A stretch of 64,000 bases of DNA from Lingula anatina (taxonomy: Eukaryota; Animalia; Brachiopoda), in NCBI GenBank assembly GCA_051362555.1, contig CM120644.1:22466534-22530533 (forward strand), read 5' to 3'. Each line of letters opens with the position of its first letter. Position 1 is the first letter of the stretch. This document shows positions 29,910 through 43,217 of this stretch, piece by piece. The notes under the pieces are model-generated. The model ran no database searches. It was not told the origin of the DNA and worked only from the letters and a program-made list of their open reading frames with translations. Position numbers and translations under genes: made by a program.

Positions 29910-32574
29910 TATAATTATTATTATTATTATTATTATTATCCATCTGTGTACCTACCGTCCTGTCCATGACCATAGTCCGAGCCGCGGCAGCATCTGTAGC
30001 CCACATAGTGACGAATCCAGTCTCTCCCTGACTTTTAAGACAATCAGGACTCGAATACCACCCTTTCACAAACGCTGAACAAACACATAGATCATACGCA
30101 TGTAGTGCAATGACTAAATGGAACTTTAAATACTTTGTCTAACAGCACGATGGGCCAATTTGAATCTTTGCAAAACGTGAATGAATAGAATACTAACGGT
30201 CTTCATCATGAACATTTTAACATTTTCAATATGTACAAAATGTAATAATCTAACGCAGCTTTTATTTTATTCCGGCTTTCGGGCATACTTTTTTCATTTT
30301 TGTAGAATTCTACCATACATTATAACACGTTTAATTTAAGACAAAGGAATTCTTTAACACAACAGGAAATGGGCAAGAGTAAGTCGGTAAGTCTTCATAC
30401 CTATCTTTTTCCCATCAAGGCTGTTGAAATCGGGACTATCTGGATGCGCAAAAATACCCAGAAGAGAGGGATAGAACGGCTTGGTAACATTGAAGAAGTT
30501 CTTCCGATAGGTTGTTAGACCCCATGAAATGCATGCGTCAAACCAGCCTGCACTCAGACCTAAAAAAGTAACAAGGTGTAGAAATTTAGAAGACACAGAT
30601 TCCTGCACTTACGGCAAAACCTCAGTGGATCAAATGTGGCTGACCCACTTGAAAGCTTACCGAGTAATTCCCGAGGGGAATCTATTCACTGTCTATTAAT
30701 GGATTAATGGAATATGAGGCAAGCTTTCTAGCGGGTCGGCCATATTTGATCCAATTTGTTCTGAATGCGCCCTTAACTCGGCAAGGCGGACAAATAGGGT
30801 TTATACACTGACTGAGCTTAGTCTCATACTATATTAATGGATGTTCTCGTGGATCGTGGATACCGTCTTATCGTGACACAATTATTACTTAGCAAATAGA
30901 AGTTTCAATAATTACCTATCACTGATATCGATATGTGTTTTAAATATATATATAAAATATAAATTTTCCTTAGTAGGTATTTTAGCTGCTAAAATTATTC
31001 TCAATACTGTAACAAAGCAGTTTACAAAGAGAGTGGCCGGGCAGACTAAATATATTGATGACGTTTTTTCAGCCATCTTCATGTTCTAGAGGAGTCAACA
31101 CTTACCCCGTCCTGGTCGGTTGTTTCCTGCTGAGTTGGACACTACACACTCGGAGTATTCGTCCAAGACAACCTTACATTTCTTCCCGGCTATGGCACAG
31201 ACTGTAATTAGCGCAGGTTAAGTGACATTAACACAGCAATAAAAGTTTAAAGTACACGACAACTTTTAACATGGCGATTATGATGCATTTGAAACGTGAC
31301 GCGCACTCTAAATGTTATTATAAGGTTTTCATGAAGTCACCATGATGAATATTAGTATTCAAATGAGTTTTTGAAGAAATTGCATTGGTATTTTCCGTTA
31401 GCGAGATATAGGGCCTATGTGTGTGTATACTTGTGCGCACTATCGAATATGAGATTTGAATATAACTTACCTTTTTCCACAATGTCAACATTGAATCCCT
31501 TGAGAACGGAATCCTTTCTAAACGATAAAATAATTAAAATAATTTTATTTTTATAATGTTATGGGAGCTATAAACAAATGGGAAATTAATTCATCTATGA
31601 CAAAATTTAAATTACTGCACATTACTCACACGTATTCAGCAAAGTTAGGGCCATCTCCACTAGCAAAGAGCCAAACCTGTAAAACGGCAAAAGGTACTTT
31701 TCTTCACCTGTCAGCACAATATATTACACGAAATTGTCGCTTTTAATGTGATCATAATATTTATCACTGCGTTCATCGTCATCATTTACATCTGATAAAG
31801 GTCAATTTTAGAACTATAGAAAGGCTTTATTATTATGAAGCGAGTATTTTTAACTAGTAATCCGTTATAAATCCTAATGGCAATAAACCATAACCATCTC
31901 TCCTCCCCATTTAGTGCGACACCACCAGTTTTGTTCTACAGCAACTCTAAAGCTGAAGCACACTGACATCTGTTCACCTTGTCATCACCTGGGCAGGAAC
32001 GCTGACAACCCCCGTCACTTGCACCCATCGCAGACCCGCCCAAGGAGTGATGTCCAAGCCACCAGAACGGAAGGTAGCCCTTGGTTCCACCTCGGGATGC
32101 GGACACTTGGCATTGGACAGCGACTAGAACTATTACCTAAAGAGAAAGCATAAAACTTAGTCGGTAAAACGTGAAAAGAGGCGTTTTTGTCACCAAACCA
32201 ATATATATAGTTCATTATCTCTCTTTTTTGAAAAAAAAAATGCAAATGACACCGGTAAAATGAAAGAGGAAACAATCTGCGTAGTTTTGCATTTGAAACA
32301 GCAATAAGAATGCTCGTTGAAAGAGACAGTTGGTCGACATATTAGATGTTTGAATATCATACTTTGTGTAAAGCCCAATACGTTTTTGTTTAAGTTAGTT
32401 GCAATTAACCCATTATCATGAAAATGACATTAAAATGTAGGGAATATTTCCACTGCGAAACAACATACAGACCTAGCTCGTTTTAGGCTAAGACACAAAC
32501 AAGAATATGCTCCCTAAGTTTCAGACTAACATTAATAAGACCGCAGTTTTGTCACTTACCGTGGCAAGATTCAT
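28947..32574 (-). CDS. Secreted solute-binding protein family 3 homolog, copy 2 (~295-300 aa)
   Basis: Exons 32574-32560, 32136-31978, 31676-31630, 31517-31471, 31201-31106, 30559-30401, 30074-29956, 29425-29185, plus a possible short exon 9 at 28951-28947 (or read-through to a stop at 29162). Same exon architecture and high similarity to copy 1. Confidence 0.85.
30600..30772. mobile_element. Palindromic MITE
   Basis: tggatcaaatgtggctgaccc...aaagctt / aagcttt...gggtcggccatatttgatcca inverted arms, ending gaatgcgccc like other Harbinger-type MITEs here. Confidence 0.55.
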
Positions 32575-32950
32575 GCTGACTGAGCAGGAAGCGTTATATC
32601 AATGCAAGCTTTGAAATACAGCTTTTGTAAGAACCCGTCGGTTTATAAACGTGAAAAAGTAGCCCATGCATATATGTAAATGTAGCATGGCATATAATGA
32701 CTTTTAAGAAAGACATTAGTATGTGAAAAAATGCAGCATCCACATAACATATATAATGTCAGGAGTTAATAGGTTGTTACGGTTTGTTACACATGTAAAG
32801 ATTGTCAGCTCTTAGATACCTTAATTTTTATATCTCCACCACACTAAAATTGTGATTGAAACGTGGCCAGGGTTTGGCCGCTGTTTTATTTTTGTCCTTA
32901 CATTTTATCAATTGTTGACAAGACAGGTGTGGCAAAGGCCCATTCCCAAA

Positions 32951-32995
<45 letters not shown>

Positions 32996-33629
32996 CTATT
33001 GTTCTACGTAGATCGCAGTGAATCTTGTTGAATACATTCAGATTAAAATATTAACAAAGCCTTCTCCTGGCTTTGAGTTGCATTCAGAAAAGCTGGTGGT
33101 AATACGAGCACGTTGGCAACAAAAGAAGGCGTGTCATTTAGTTAAAATGATGAATGCATTAAACGTTTCTGTGTGGCCGAGGTAACATATTTTGGTAAAG
33201 CTTTCTGTTACCAGTAGCCCGTCTTTTAGTTAAATTTACATCATCTGTAAAACATCCACATTCATTTGTGGATATAACCTCTCCCGTAATGGGAATCTGG
33301 TCATCATGACAAACATTATGACGTCTATAAATTCCACATGACTTACTATACATTTCCATCGCCAGATCACCTTAATTTACTTTTAGATGCGATGCGGGTC
33401 ATAACTCAACCAACAAACATCCACCAAAAAAAAAAACTATAAAATAAAAAATAACGAAAAAAAGAACGTGCATCCCACATCGTTACAGTCTCACTCCTTG
33501 GCATCTATGCTAAGCGGTGTTGTCACATAAGAGAGGCTTATACAGTTTGGGTAGTAGTTGTAGATTGTTATCTGTTACATGTTCGGTATGGCAATATAAA
33601 CGCAAGAAAAAAAAAGCGTACTCAGAATG

Positions 33630-35296
33630 TACAGACTTGACATTTAATATGGAATATTTTTTCCAAAACATAATTCATCAGTTTTTTTCCTATTTTGCTG
33701 ACTGATAAATGAAAATAAGGATTAAAATCGTGTTTTAATAACTTTTGATAATCTCTTCGATGTCACTGTGACATCAGTTTATTAATTGAATTCGTCAGTG
33801 AAGCAAACAAAAATACATTGCCTATTTTAAGTCATACGACAACCATTGAAAGTGATATTTTGGATCTCCATATTTTCCTAATTATTGTCTTTAAAAGAGT
33901 TACACGCCCCACAAAGGCCCCCCATGTCAGTGTCTAGTCACAGCAACAGTCGCTGTTACGCTTGACCTCATCTTGCTGCTACCAGAGCTTTCAAGCCGCA
34001 AGGCATTTCTTATGATAGGCTTTTTAGAGTTTAATCTGGAATAAAATTCCAGAATACGGTTAAAACTTGTCCAATTTGGCTCAGTTTTGATGTAGGACAT
34101 GCAGGCCGTTGATTCGGCGAGTAATGACCTACCCACATATTGTCTATGTGGTTCAAATATGGCGATTTTGATGACCAAGGTAGCTACTCATTCCCTTGGT
34201 TCTGTAAGTTATCTGCTATTAAATGTGCTCTGTGTGAACCGGCAACCTCGCCCTGCAACCTAAAATTGTTCCTAAGGTGCCCCCTATCAAATAATAGTCA
34301 AGTGGTTCCCAGATTATTTCTTTATTTGATCTGGTTAAGGTTTTCATCGATGACTACCATTGGTGTTTTGGCACCAATGTGGTATCCACTCCAAATACTG
34401 ACACTGTCAATGACCCTAGCCTCTTAATAAGTGGCACACATTTCGTCGAAGGCCTTTTCAGAATGTCTGTAAACTCTGTTTTGACCAGTTTAGCGGTACA
34501 GGTTAAATATGGCCTCAATAAAGAAGCCACGCGGTTTCAGTGTTTTACCCAGAAACTGTCATGGTCCCCAATTCATTAGAGAAACAGACTAAGCTGCTTT
34601 GCTGTTTACAGTGGCTTCCTCAGAGGTCGCCTGGAATCCTAACCTGCTGAAATCAGTTTGGTGTTCGCTAAGAGCCTTGAAAAACAAGTTTTGGTGACAA
34701 TTTGTCCCTCATTTAAAACGGACTGGGTGGTATTGGTTTAATTGCAGCAGCATATCCTGAAGGACAGTGAGTCCTATACCCTGGTGGTAAGACGTCGATG
34801 CATTGGGCTTGGTCTCTGTGTAGTGCCTCAAACTGAGCATAACTCTATAAAACTGTGTAGACCGTTCCGTTTGACACAATAATCTGTCTGGCAATGTCTG
34901 TGTTTTTCGCGCCATTCTGGCACAGCTTAACAGTTTTGTAAAACGCTGCTTAACTCATTTTACGCACTGCAAAACCGACCGCTTGTATGCAAAATTTCAA
35001 ATTCTTCTATGCAGTATTTGCCGACATATGGATACTTTATTGACAGAACCATCCTTCGCCAAAGCCAAGCTTTGACTAGCCCAAAGGAGCACTGCCCAAT
35101 TAAATCACTGCATATTACACAAGGCAGCAGTGCAACAGACTTGGTAGTCAGTTAATTGGCAGCGACACACCTGACTTCACACTTCTCCAGACAGATGTCT
35201 TATATGAAATCTGATTTAAAAAAAAAAAAAAGAACGCATTTTGACCTAGGTATACCTTTAAAACTGAAATATTCCATATTAAATGTCAAGTCTGTA
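33630..35296. mobile_element. Non-autonomous TA-flanked TIR DNA transposon (Tc1/mariner-type ends), copy 1
   Basis: Perfect 30-bp inverted repeat TACAGACTTGACATTTAATATGGAATATTT. Absent from the paralogous segment at ~44350. Second, inverted copy at 53144-58102. Confidence 0.8.
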
Positions 35297-35517
35297 TAAT
35301 TAACACAAATACTGTGGGTATAACCATATCAGGCCTTTTCAAACAATCTCCTTCTCTTTGAATTGCATCTTTAACATAAAAATAAATAATATATATAAAT
35401 ATATTGAGACGATATGATTTTTTTTCACATTTAAAGGAAAGAGTTTCAAACCGGTGATCAAAACACTTATGTAGAGAAACAAGTTTAGTCTATTTAGAAT
35501 CCATGGCACGGTTCATA

Positions 35518-36745
35518 GTTTAGTTTAGTTTAGTTTAGTATAGTTTAGTTTAGTTTAGTTTATTTCACCGTAACTTATGCATCCACTTGTTTGGATGAAA
35601 ATGACAATATGAATACAATTTTTGTGAATATGTTATTAAACAATCACAATGAGTAAGAATATTTACTTATTTACTAAAAAAAAAGAGTTTCTATTACTAC
35701 TATTACTCAATTGCCGATGAGTGCAGCACTGTCTTGTAGATCCCTCCTAGCAAAAGCGGAGGAGAGAAACTGAGCTAGTGCAATAAGGGTTTCTTGTTCT
35801 TGACATTTTATAATTATAGTAAATTTTTCATCAGCTGTTTTTAGGCCAAAATGTGTATCGTGTTTTGTAAATACCTTATATAACATTGTACGCAGGTCGT
35901 TGTATAGGGGGCATGTTGTGAGAAAGTGTTTTTCGTCTTCAATTTTGTCTTTAGAACAGTAATGGCATATTCTGTCGGTCCGAGGAGTGTTATTGTATCT
36001 GCCTGTTTCAATGTGGAGTTTATGCCCACTGGTGCGAAAACGGCTTAGGTTTTTTCTTTTATCAGTATCGTGAAGAAGGTCTAGATATTTTTCTTTTTTG
36101 AATGTATTTTTGAACTGGCAAGATACTCTGGATTTGGATTTCTCCTCAAGCTCACTGTGCCAGTTTTGTATGTACCCACTGATGATTCGTTCTCTGAACA
36201 TACTTAGGAAATTTATGTCAGGATTCTGTTTTAGCCATACATCTCCAAATCCGTTTTCAAACAAGAGTTTCATAATACCTTCACTCCATGAGAGGTTATC
36301 ATCATTCAGATTTGACAGGCTTTTTGTTGTGAGTAAATTGTAATAATGTAATTCATCTAGGTATGCTTGTTTGAGTAGGTTGTTTTCGTCTGTGCGTAAT
36401 ATTTTGAGCCAAAATTTTATTAATTGTATGTTAATTTTTATGTAAGCAGGAATCCTTCCAGTCTCTCCTCTTACTGTGTGGTTTGAAGTTTTTGGGTGAA
36501 CACCTAAAATTTGTTTACAAAAACTGAGATTTAGCTTTTCCGATGGAGATCTGTCTGTAAGAGGGGTATATCCCCAGACCTCTGAACCGTACGTTGCGAT
36601 TGGCATTATGATTGTATCGAATAGTTTTTTCCTTGAGGGATGATTTAATAGGGCTGGTTAGAGGAAAGTAACTTTTTAATGCGAAAAAGGCTTTTTGTGC
36701 TTTTTCTTTTAATCTAGTTTGAGCTGCAGTGAATTTACCAGATTC
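35518..36745 (-). mobile_element. 5'-truncated LINE (CR1/L2-group-like 3' end) with (AAACT)n tail
   Basis: ORF 35707-36606 with PIATYGSEVWG, RFRTSGHKLHIETGRY and C-x2-C...EDEKHFL..CP. (TAGTT)n tail at 35516-35562. TTCATA on both flanks as a possible TSD. Empty site at ~44600. Confidence 0.85.
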
Positions 36746-37363
36746 ATAAGCATTACATAAGAGACAACAAAACTTTATTGTATTTTATATTTTACGTTTT
36801 GTTTCAGTTAACTGCAGCCGTCAGGAAAACATCTTTTCGTAGAGAAGGCCTATTACTTGAAGAAAAACGCACATTTCCATACGGTCCACTGTGCACTTTA
36901 ATTTCCTAAAAGTGAAGCAATAAAAAAGATAAACAGTCTATCTGCCCGTTGAAAAGCAATAAGCAGTTTTAAATGACTCAGATAGCCCCATCAAACCGTT
37001 CTGCGCGAATCTTATATGTACGTGTCAATGGATTTTGTTTACAATTATGTTCTGTTATACTACTGCAGACATGGGGAAACTGCCGGTCCGACCATGCACT
37101 ATAGCCTTCAGTTCCACAGGACCGGCAATATTTTTGATCTCACATGTACTCTGGACTGATAAGGTATCTGTGAAAAGTACTAGTACCTAAAAATTAATCC
37201 ACATGCAATCACCGATGAACAAATATTTTAAACGGAATTTAAATTCATAAAGCCACCTCGTTGTTTTGTTTCAAATGGAGTAACCATCACTAGACGTGTC
37301 CTTTTTACACATGAACGCTATTTTTATCGCACTGCACTGTTTAGATGGCAAGTCTATAGCTAA

Positions 37364-38480
37364 AACCCCCTTTACACTGGACGGCGTCCTTCTGCGTCCT
37401 TTGTGCGCTCAAAAAACTGGCCAGGACGCCGTCGGACGCTCAAAGAAAGCACAGTGATCGCCAAGGTCGCACAAAGAACGTTCAAGCATCGCCAACGACG
37501 CCATGGACGCCGCGAAGTTTTGAGCATGTTCAAAACAATCGCAGAGAGAACGCGATGGAAGATGGTCGCTCAATGGACGCAGAAAGGACGCACAGGCATC
37601 GCCGTGGTCGTAGAAAGGAGACACAAGCATCGCTTTGGTTGAAGAATGAAAACTCAAAGATCGTCCAGTGTTCGGCACGTAGAACATTATTGTTTTTTCA
37701 CTCTCAAACGGGGCCGTGCTGAGGTATTTTTCACCAGACAGGAATTCTAAGGGCAACTATGGTCTCATATGAGCCTCCGATTGTTTTCCCCCTAAAATTC
37801 ATGAAACGATCCTTTTTTCTTTTTTCTTTTTGATATTTTGATATTTTGCCTTTTTTACAAGATGCATTGATTGTCAGAACTTTTTGCAGAATGCGTCATT
37901 TGAAACCGGATTCAAATATTCTATGATGTGTCAGTCACACTTTCTCGTTTTCGGCGCCTGTCCTTCCTTCTTATTAGGATAACAATGAGCATCTGACTGA
38001 TTATCAGTCCATGCAGACCTTGCATCACTGTAGTTTAAAGCGTTTATTCCCATTTATTTGTTTTGTGTTGTTTTGTTTATTGGATGACCTGGTTAGAACC
38101 GACGAAAAAATATGAGTTAGAATATATAGAAGGACGCCCAAACAACGCTCATCGGTCAAGCAGGATGCAGAATGATCGTAGAATAGACGCCGCTGATCGC
38201 CAATGAAGGTACAAAGAACGCAGCAAAAATGCTCATTGGTCGCTCAAACATCGCAATGGACGCCTTGGATTGCACAGGGGATGTACAGTAGAGGCAGGCA
38301 GGTTGCTCGCAGTTTTACAGGTAAAATCAAGATTCGGTCGTTCAAAGGACGCACAAGGGACGCAGACGCCTTTAAGCCTCTCTTACAACCCGTCGTGCGT
38401 GCTTAGAGATCGTGCGTCCTCGGAGTTCTTGTCAGGCGTAGCGTTGTCGCAGGATGAAAATTAAATCGCAGCGGACGTAA
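37364..38480. mobile_element. Truncated Harbinger-type non-autonomous element
   Basis: Left TIR ccccctttacactggacggcgtcc is identical to that of the 41350 MITE and preceded by TAA. Interior carries many ggacgc subterminal repeats. No right TIR found. Confidence 0.6.
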
Positions 38481-39119
38481 GTAGTAAGTACTTTATGAGT
38501 AGGTGTGTCGTGCTCTAAACGTGGGGCCCGCAAGCAGTCTGTCCGCCTTTTTGGAAGTAGGAAGAAGTAAGGAGCACGCACGATCTGTACTTGTGTCGCA
38601 CACAGTGGGTGAGATAATCGTACGTGTATTGCAAGTGAAGCGTACGTTTTCAGAAATCGTACTTATGAAATAAAAGAAACATAAGAGAAACGTAATGAGC
38701 ACGGAAGTGTTAAGCACGACACTCGTGCTTCAAATTAGTGGAACGCACGGATAATCAAAATAATATAAAAGGGAGCACCGAGTCTCTTCATCATTCACTG
38801 TTTTGGCTTCCAAAATGGCACTTCCAAGAAGGATGCGCCATCGACTTCTACAAATATTGTATTATACAAGTAATGAGAGCAGACTGTTCGTATCAGCTTT
38901 GATATAGGCGCACGATGCTGTGACATATTTCCTTCTGTTCCTTGATTTATATAAGAAAAATTCAGGTACAGATAACTGTATCACAAAATCCCACTTACCA
39001 CTGTCTAAATAATCCTCCATATATTATAAATCTGCATTCCATTCAATAAGCCATCTGTCTGTTTTAAACCTATGTAAAGAAGCACCAATCAGCTGTCAAA
39101 AGGTCTGTAAATACCAAAT

Positions 39120-40896
39120 TTATGGCAAAGTGGCGGGAAATGTCATCACGTTCCGAGCACATATCTTATTTCCCGGCTCTGAAAACATTAGCCCACGCCC
39201 CGAACCGACCCCCCACGAACTCTCTTCCACAATAGCGTCGATTACCGTGGGGTCCCCGTAAGTCAAAAAGGTCCGGTTTTCGACGTGGATGACGAGTTTC
39301 GCTTTTCGGAATACATTGCGGCATGAAGAGCGGAAGCAGAACCAGGGTCCGGTCACGTGGTTGCACAAGGAAGTGACGTAATCAGCGTACACGATCTTTG
39401 CTCCTTCAGGGAGAAGTCCGTTGAATGTACCACTTGCTTGAAATTCTTTATTAACCGAAACTATCCAACCTGAAGGCGAGGAATGTGAAATTTAGAACTG
39501 TGCAGTGGCTCACTACCAATATATATTACATATACACACTTGACATATGTTTTATAGTATATTCAAAAATTATACAAAATTCAGCTTTTAAACAAAAATA
39601 TTAGAATGCATTCAGATTTCCTAATAATTCTTTTCATCGCAAAACAAAGATGTAATAATACGACAATGTAAATATAAATACCTTACATTTGTATAGTGAC
39701 GCGTAGATTAACAGAATTTTATCCAATAGTGCAAACTTATACCTTTTTTGTTTTTTGTTGCTTAGAGCTGTGCAAATATTAAATACATACAGTGCATCTA
39801 CCGTACATAAATACAACTAGAAAAGCACTCCGAGAGCGCAGACCTTCGCCAAGGCAGCACATTTTGATCATTACTGATTATTGATTGATTATTGATCCGG
39901 ATCATCACCAAAAACTAATCACTTCTAAGTTAACCCATTCCTACCTACCCTGAAAATTTCATCAAAATCGGCCCATAACTTTTTGAGTTATGTTGATGAC
40001 AAACAGACAGGGGTGAAAAACATGGTGGAGGTAATTAATTTATTTTGAATCGAGCAGCTCGCAGAAAATGAATAGTTGTGGCACAAATGTACCGTAAAAG
40101 GTTTTTGCTTACCTGACTCAGACACAGGGTTATTGAAGAACTGCACTTTATCTCCTGCACTGGCTGACACAAGCCTGTACCTGATGGCGGGGTCCAGGAT
40201 GTAGGTACTGAATGTAAAGGCCCCGTCTTCACTAGTCACTGCCTTGGTGCCATCTATGTACGCTTCGTCTGGTATCCCGGTGAAATCGATGCCGTATTTG
40301 TTCTTAAGAGATAAAATTATGTGTAGTTATTAATGCTGTAAAACTGAAAAGTCTGTAAACAAGTTAGTGTGTATATAAATCAAAGATGAGCTAAAATGCG
40401 TATTATAAATAAATCGGAATTATCATATTTTCATGACAATTACAATGTAAATATGTGTTGCACATTTCAATTGAGAGATAAGGAGATCTGACGTAGTCTC
40501 ACCTTTAACCATGCAGTAGCTCTCTTCCCCTCAGCAATGGCGTCCGTCTCAGAGCGATCAGCCAATCTCTGATGAGCCAGAAAATCACTGCGCGTTCCTG
40601 GGGCGTTATTTGAGTCAACAGTTCCATCCATGACGAAAGTGAGGACATAATTGTAACAAGGCGTCTCTGGTTTCTGACACGTGTCCAGGTGCCTGTGCCA
40701 AGGGAGGTACTCGTAGAAATACAGGTATGGTTTTTGGTAATATATTCCAGAGCTGTTCACTACGGAGTTGATCATGGAGGCCACCAAGATGAATGGCAAG
40801 GCAGAGAAGAGGAGTTTCCTATAGTAAAGATCGGTGCAGGCGTTTAGATTATGATTTGTAAATATACACACACTTACACATTCACACGCACACACG

Positions 40897-40941
<45 letters not shown>

Positions 40942-40996
40942 CTAAAACAAAGGTAAACAGTACGCCTCCAACCACTCACCTGACTGAAAGCTCCAT
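39120..40996 (-). CDS. Uncharacterised secreted protein, family X copy A (~290 aa)
   Basis: Exons 40996-40980, 40818-40503, 40302-40113, 39469-39120 (phases 2, 0, 1). Signal peptide. TATA-like TATATAAA at ~41035-41042. Motifs AWLKNKYGIDF, GWIV, GTFNG, Y[AG]DY, G.G.GRG, RNVMTFP. Confidence 0.85.
39814..40035. mobile_element. Short Helentron/HINE-like element in intron 3 of copy A
   Basis: caactagaaaagcactccgagagcgcagaccttcgccaagg ... acagacag ... ggtggaggtaa; related to 14447-15152. Confidence 0.6.
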
Positions 40997-41288
40997 GATT
41001 AAAGATATAGGGACAGCTGTCTACACACAATTCTTTATATAAAATGGAGCCCTAGACACAGATGGTTAATTTGCAGTAAAATGCAGACTTGGGAATCGTT
41101 TGTTAGTAATGGGCTCTTGGGTAACTCTGGGGTTCGTTGGGGGAACACATTTGTTGTAAATATCTCTTTGATTAAAAAGACACATGTTCTTATCATAGAA
41201 TAACAATAAATCACCTTATCCAGAGGATAGAGTTGTCCGCTCTAAATAGGTGGGATAAATCTGCTATCACGCTGTTAAATCATCAACA

Positions 41289-43178
41289 ATGACGAACCTG
41301 CTTGGTTTGTCAGTAAATCTTTTGAGGTTTCACAGACGTACAATGATTAAGCCCCCTTTACACTGGACGGCGTCCTTTCTGCGTCCAGCAGTACGGTCCC
41401 ATTTGAGAGCTAAAAGTTATAATACTTTACGTGCCGACAACTGGCCGATCATTGAGCATTCATTCTGATACAAAATCAATGCTCGTGCCTCCTTATTAAG
41501 ACCACAGCGATGCCAAATTTCATGGTCGCAGAAAGGACGCAGAAAGGACGCCGTCCAGTGTAAAGGGGGTATTAGAGAGAGAACTTTCAGAAGAGGAGTG
41601 TTTGTTTTTGACGCAATGAGTGATATTGACTCCATTGAGAGGTTGCGCTTCAGCAAGAACCCTATCGATTGCATAACAGATTTTTAATAAAATAAATTAT
41701 GACATCGCGCCTGCTACGAACAGAACCCATGCAATCTCCGTGAGAGACCAAGTGATGATTGCTCGACGATTTTACGCTACTAGATAGATGCTGCTCGTGG
41801 CCAGCATTACTCACGGCGTAAGCAAGTCGCCAATGAGTCGGAAAGTGGCTCTTGTGTCCTAAGCATTATGCAGAAGAAAGGACGATTTCATTAAATTTCC
41901 AACAACACCTAATGTCAAAGGAGAAGTGAGGAGAGTTTTTTTTAGATGGGAAGAATGCCCGGTGTGATCGGCTGTGTCGACTGAAAGCACGTCAAAATCC
42001 AGGCCCCATCGGAAAATGAACCAGGTTTTGTCAACAAGAAAGGCTGCAACCAAATAAACATCCAAGCTGGGTGAGACCGCAAAGCTAATTCGCTTTTATT
42101 TTTCTAAAAACATACCTTTTAAATAGACCAATAAATCTAAATTTCTATGGACAGAATCAGCCAAACGTGCCCAGTCAGCCATTTTGTTAGAAAGTATGTC
42201 ACGACCTTGCCCATCTACTGCAACTTGTAAACATTGCCTGAGGCACAACTAATGCAATGTGGTCTGTTTGGACACTGACAGTCTTTTCCTTAAAAACAAA
42301 AAAAAAAAAAAAAAACAAAAAAAAAAAAAAAAAAAAAAAAATTAAATATCCTGTACATATTATTGTCATTTTTTAATGAAAGTGACATATTCAAATATGA
42401 TTATATTGTTTAGTTTGCTTTAAGAGAAATCACAGTGATACATAACATTAAGGTTTACAGTGAAAAAATCAGATTTTTTTAAAATTTAAAAGCCTACAGT
42501 AGGGAATCATATATTTATATTTTCAATTTATTTTTTTCAAATTCAATTAGATGTGTAGATGTAACCAAAGTATCTGGATGTAGAATTATCATATTCCTAC
42601 ATTTATCTTTTATGTTTCATATTTGTTTTAATGATTAAAAGTTTTAATTGATATTTACCGTAGACGTAGCCTACATGTTAAAAGAACATCATTTGCTTAT
42701 TTTCAGGGAAATTCACCAACATCAATGCAATGTGGCCAAGTGGCACATACGATAGTCATCATCTTCAGGTCTTCCGTGCTAGGAACATATCTAGAGGGTA
42801 ACAGAGGTGCTACACAATGCTTCCTGTTGGGAGATGGTGGCTATGCATGCAAGCCTTTCCTGTGGACACCTTATTTACACCCCATGAATAATATACAACA
42901 GAGATATAACAGTGCTCAAAAAAGAACTCCTAATTAACTTGATGGAGAGAGTTTTTGGACAATGGAAGAGGCGGTAATAACTATTTTACCTTTGTTTATA
43001 ATAAATGTTATATTTTCTTTGTGTCTCTGTGTGTGTGTTGAACATAAAACGCATGGTTTAAAATATCTTTATCACTTGAGAAATGAGGGATTTTAAAAGT
43101 CGCTGTTTTAAAAATTGCTATTAGTAGAAAAATTTACATTCATAAAAAATTCTTTCGAAATGATGTATATTTGTTTGT

Positions 43179-43217
<39 letters not shown>

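Larger units (their letters stand above)
19550..32940. repeat. Tandem segmental duplication carrying the two SBP genes (units ~19.55-27.48 kb and ~27.48-32.94 kb)
   Basis: Flanks and introns align by eye, e.g. 19600-19940 with 27520-28000, 20190-21150 with 28185-29170, and 27400-27460 with 32838-32932. Confidence 0.8.

Noticed and set aside
20937-32574. Bacterial contamination as the source of the SBP genes
   Set aside because: The genes have 7-8 spliceosomal introns with conserved phases and are embedded among eukaryotic transposons.
20937-32574. Ionotropic glutamate receptor gene
   Set aside because: No TM or pore segments (no SYTANLAA-like motif) interrupt or follow the binding domain.
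37364-41571. Composite (Pack-type) transposon carrying family X copy A between matching TIRs at 37364 and 41571
   Set aside because: The right TIR belongs to the 41350-41571 MITE, which has its own TTA TSD, whereas the left element is flanked by TAA. The gene's flanking homology also continues outside these TIRs.
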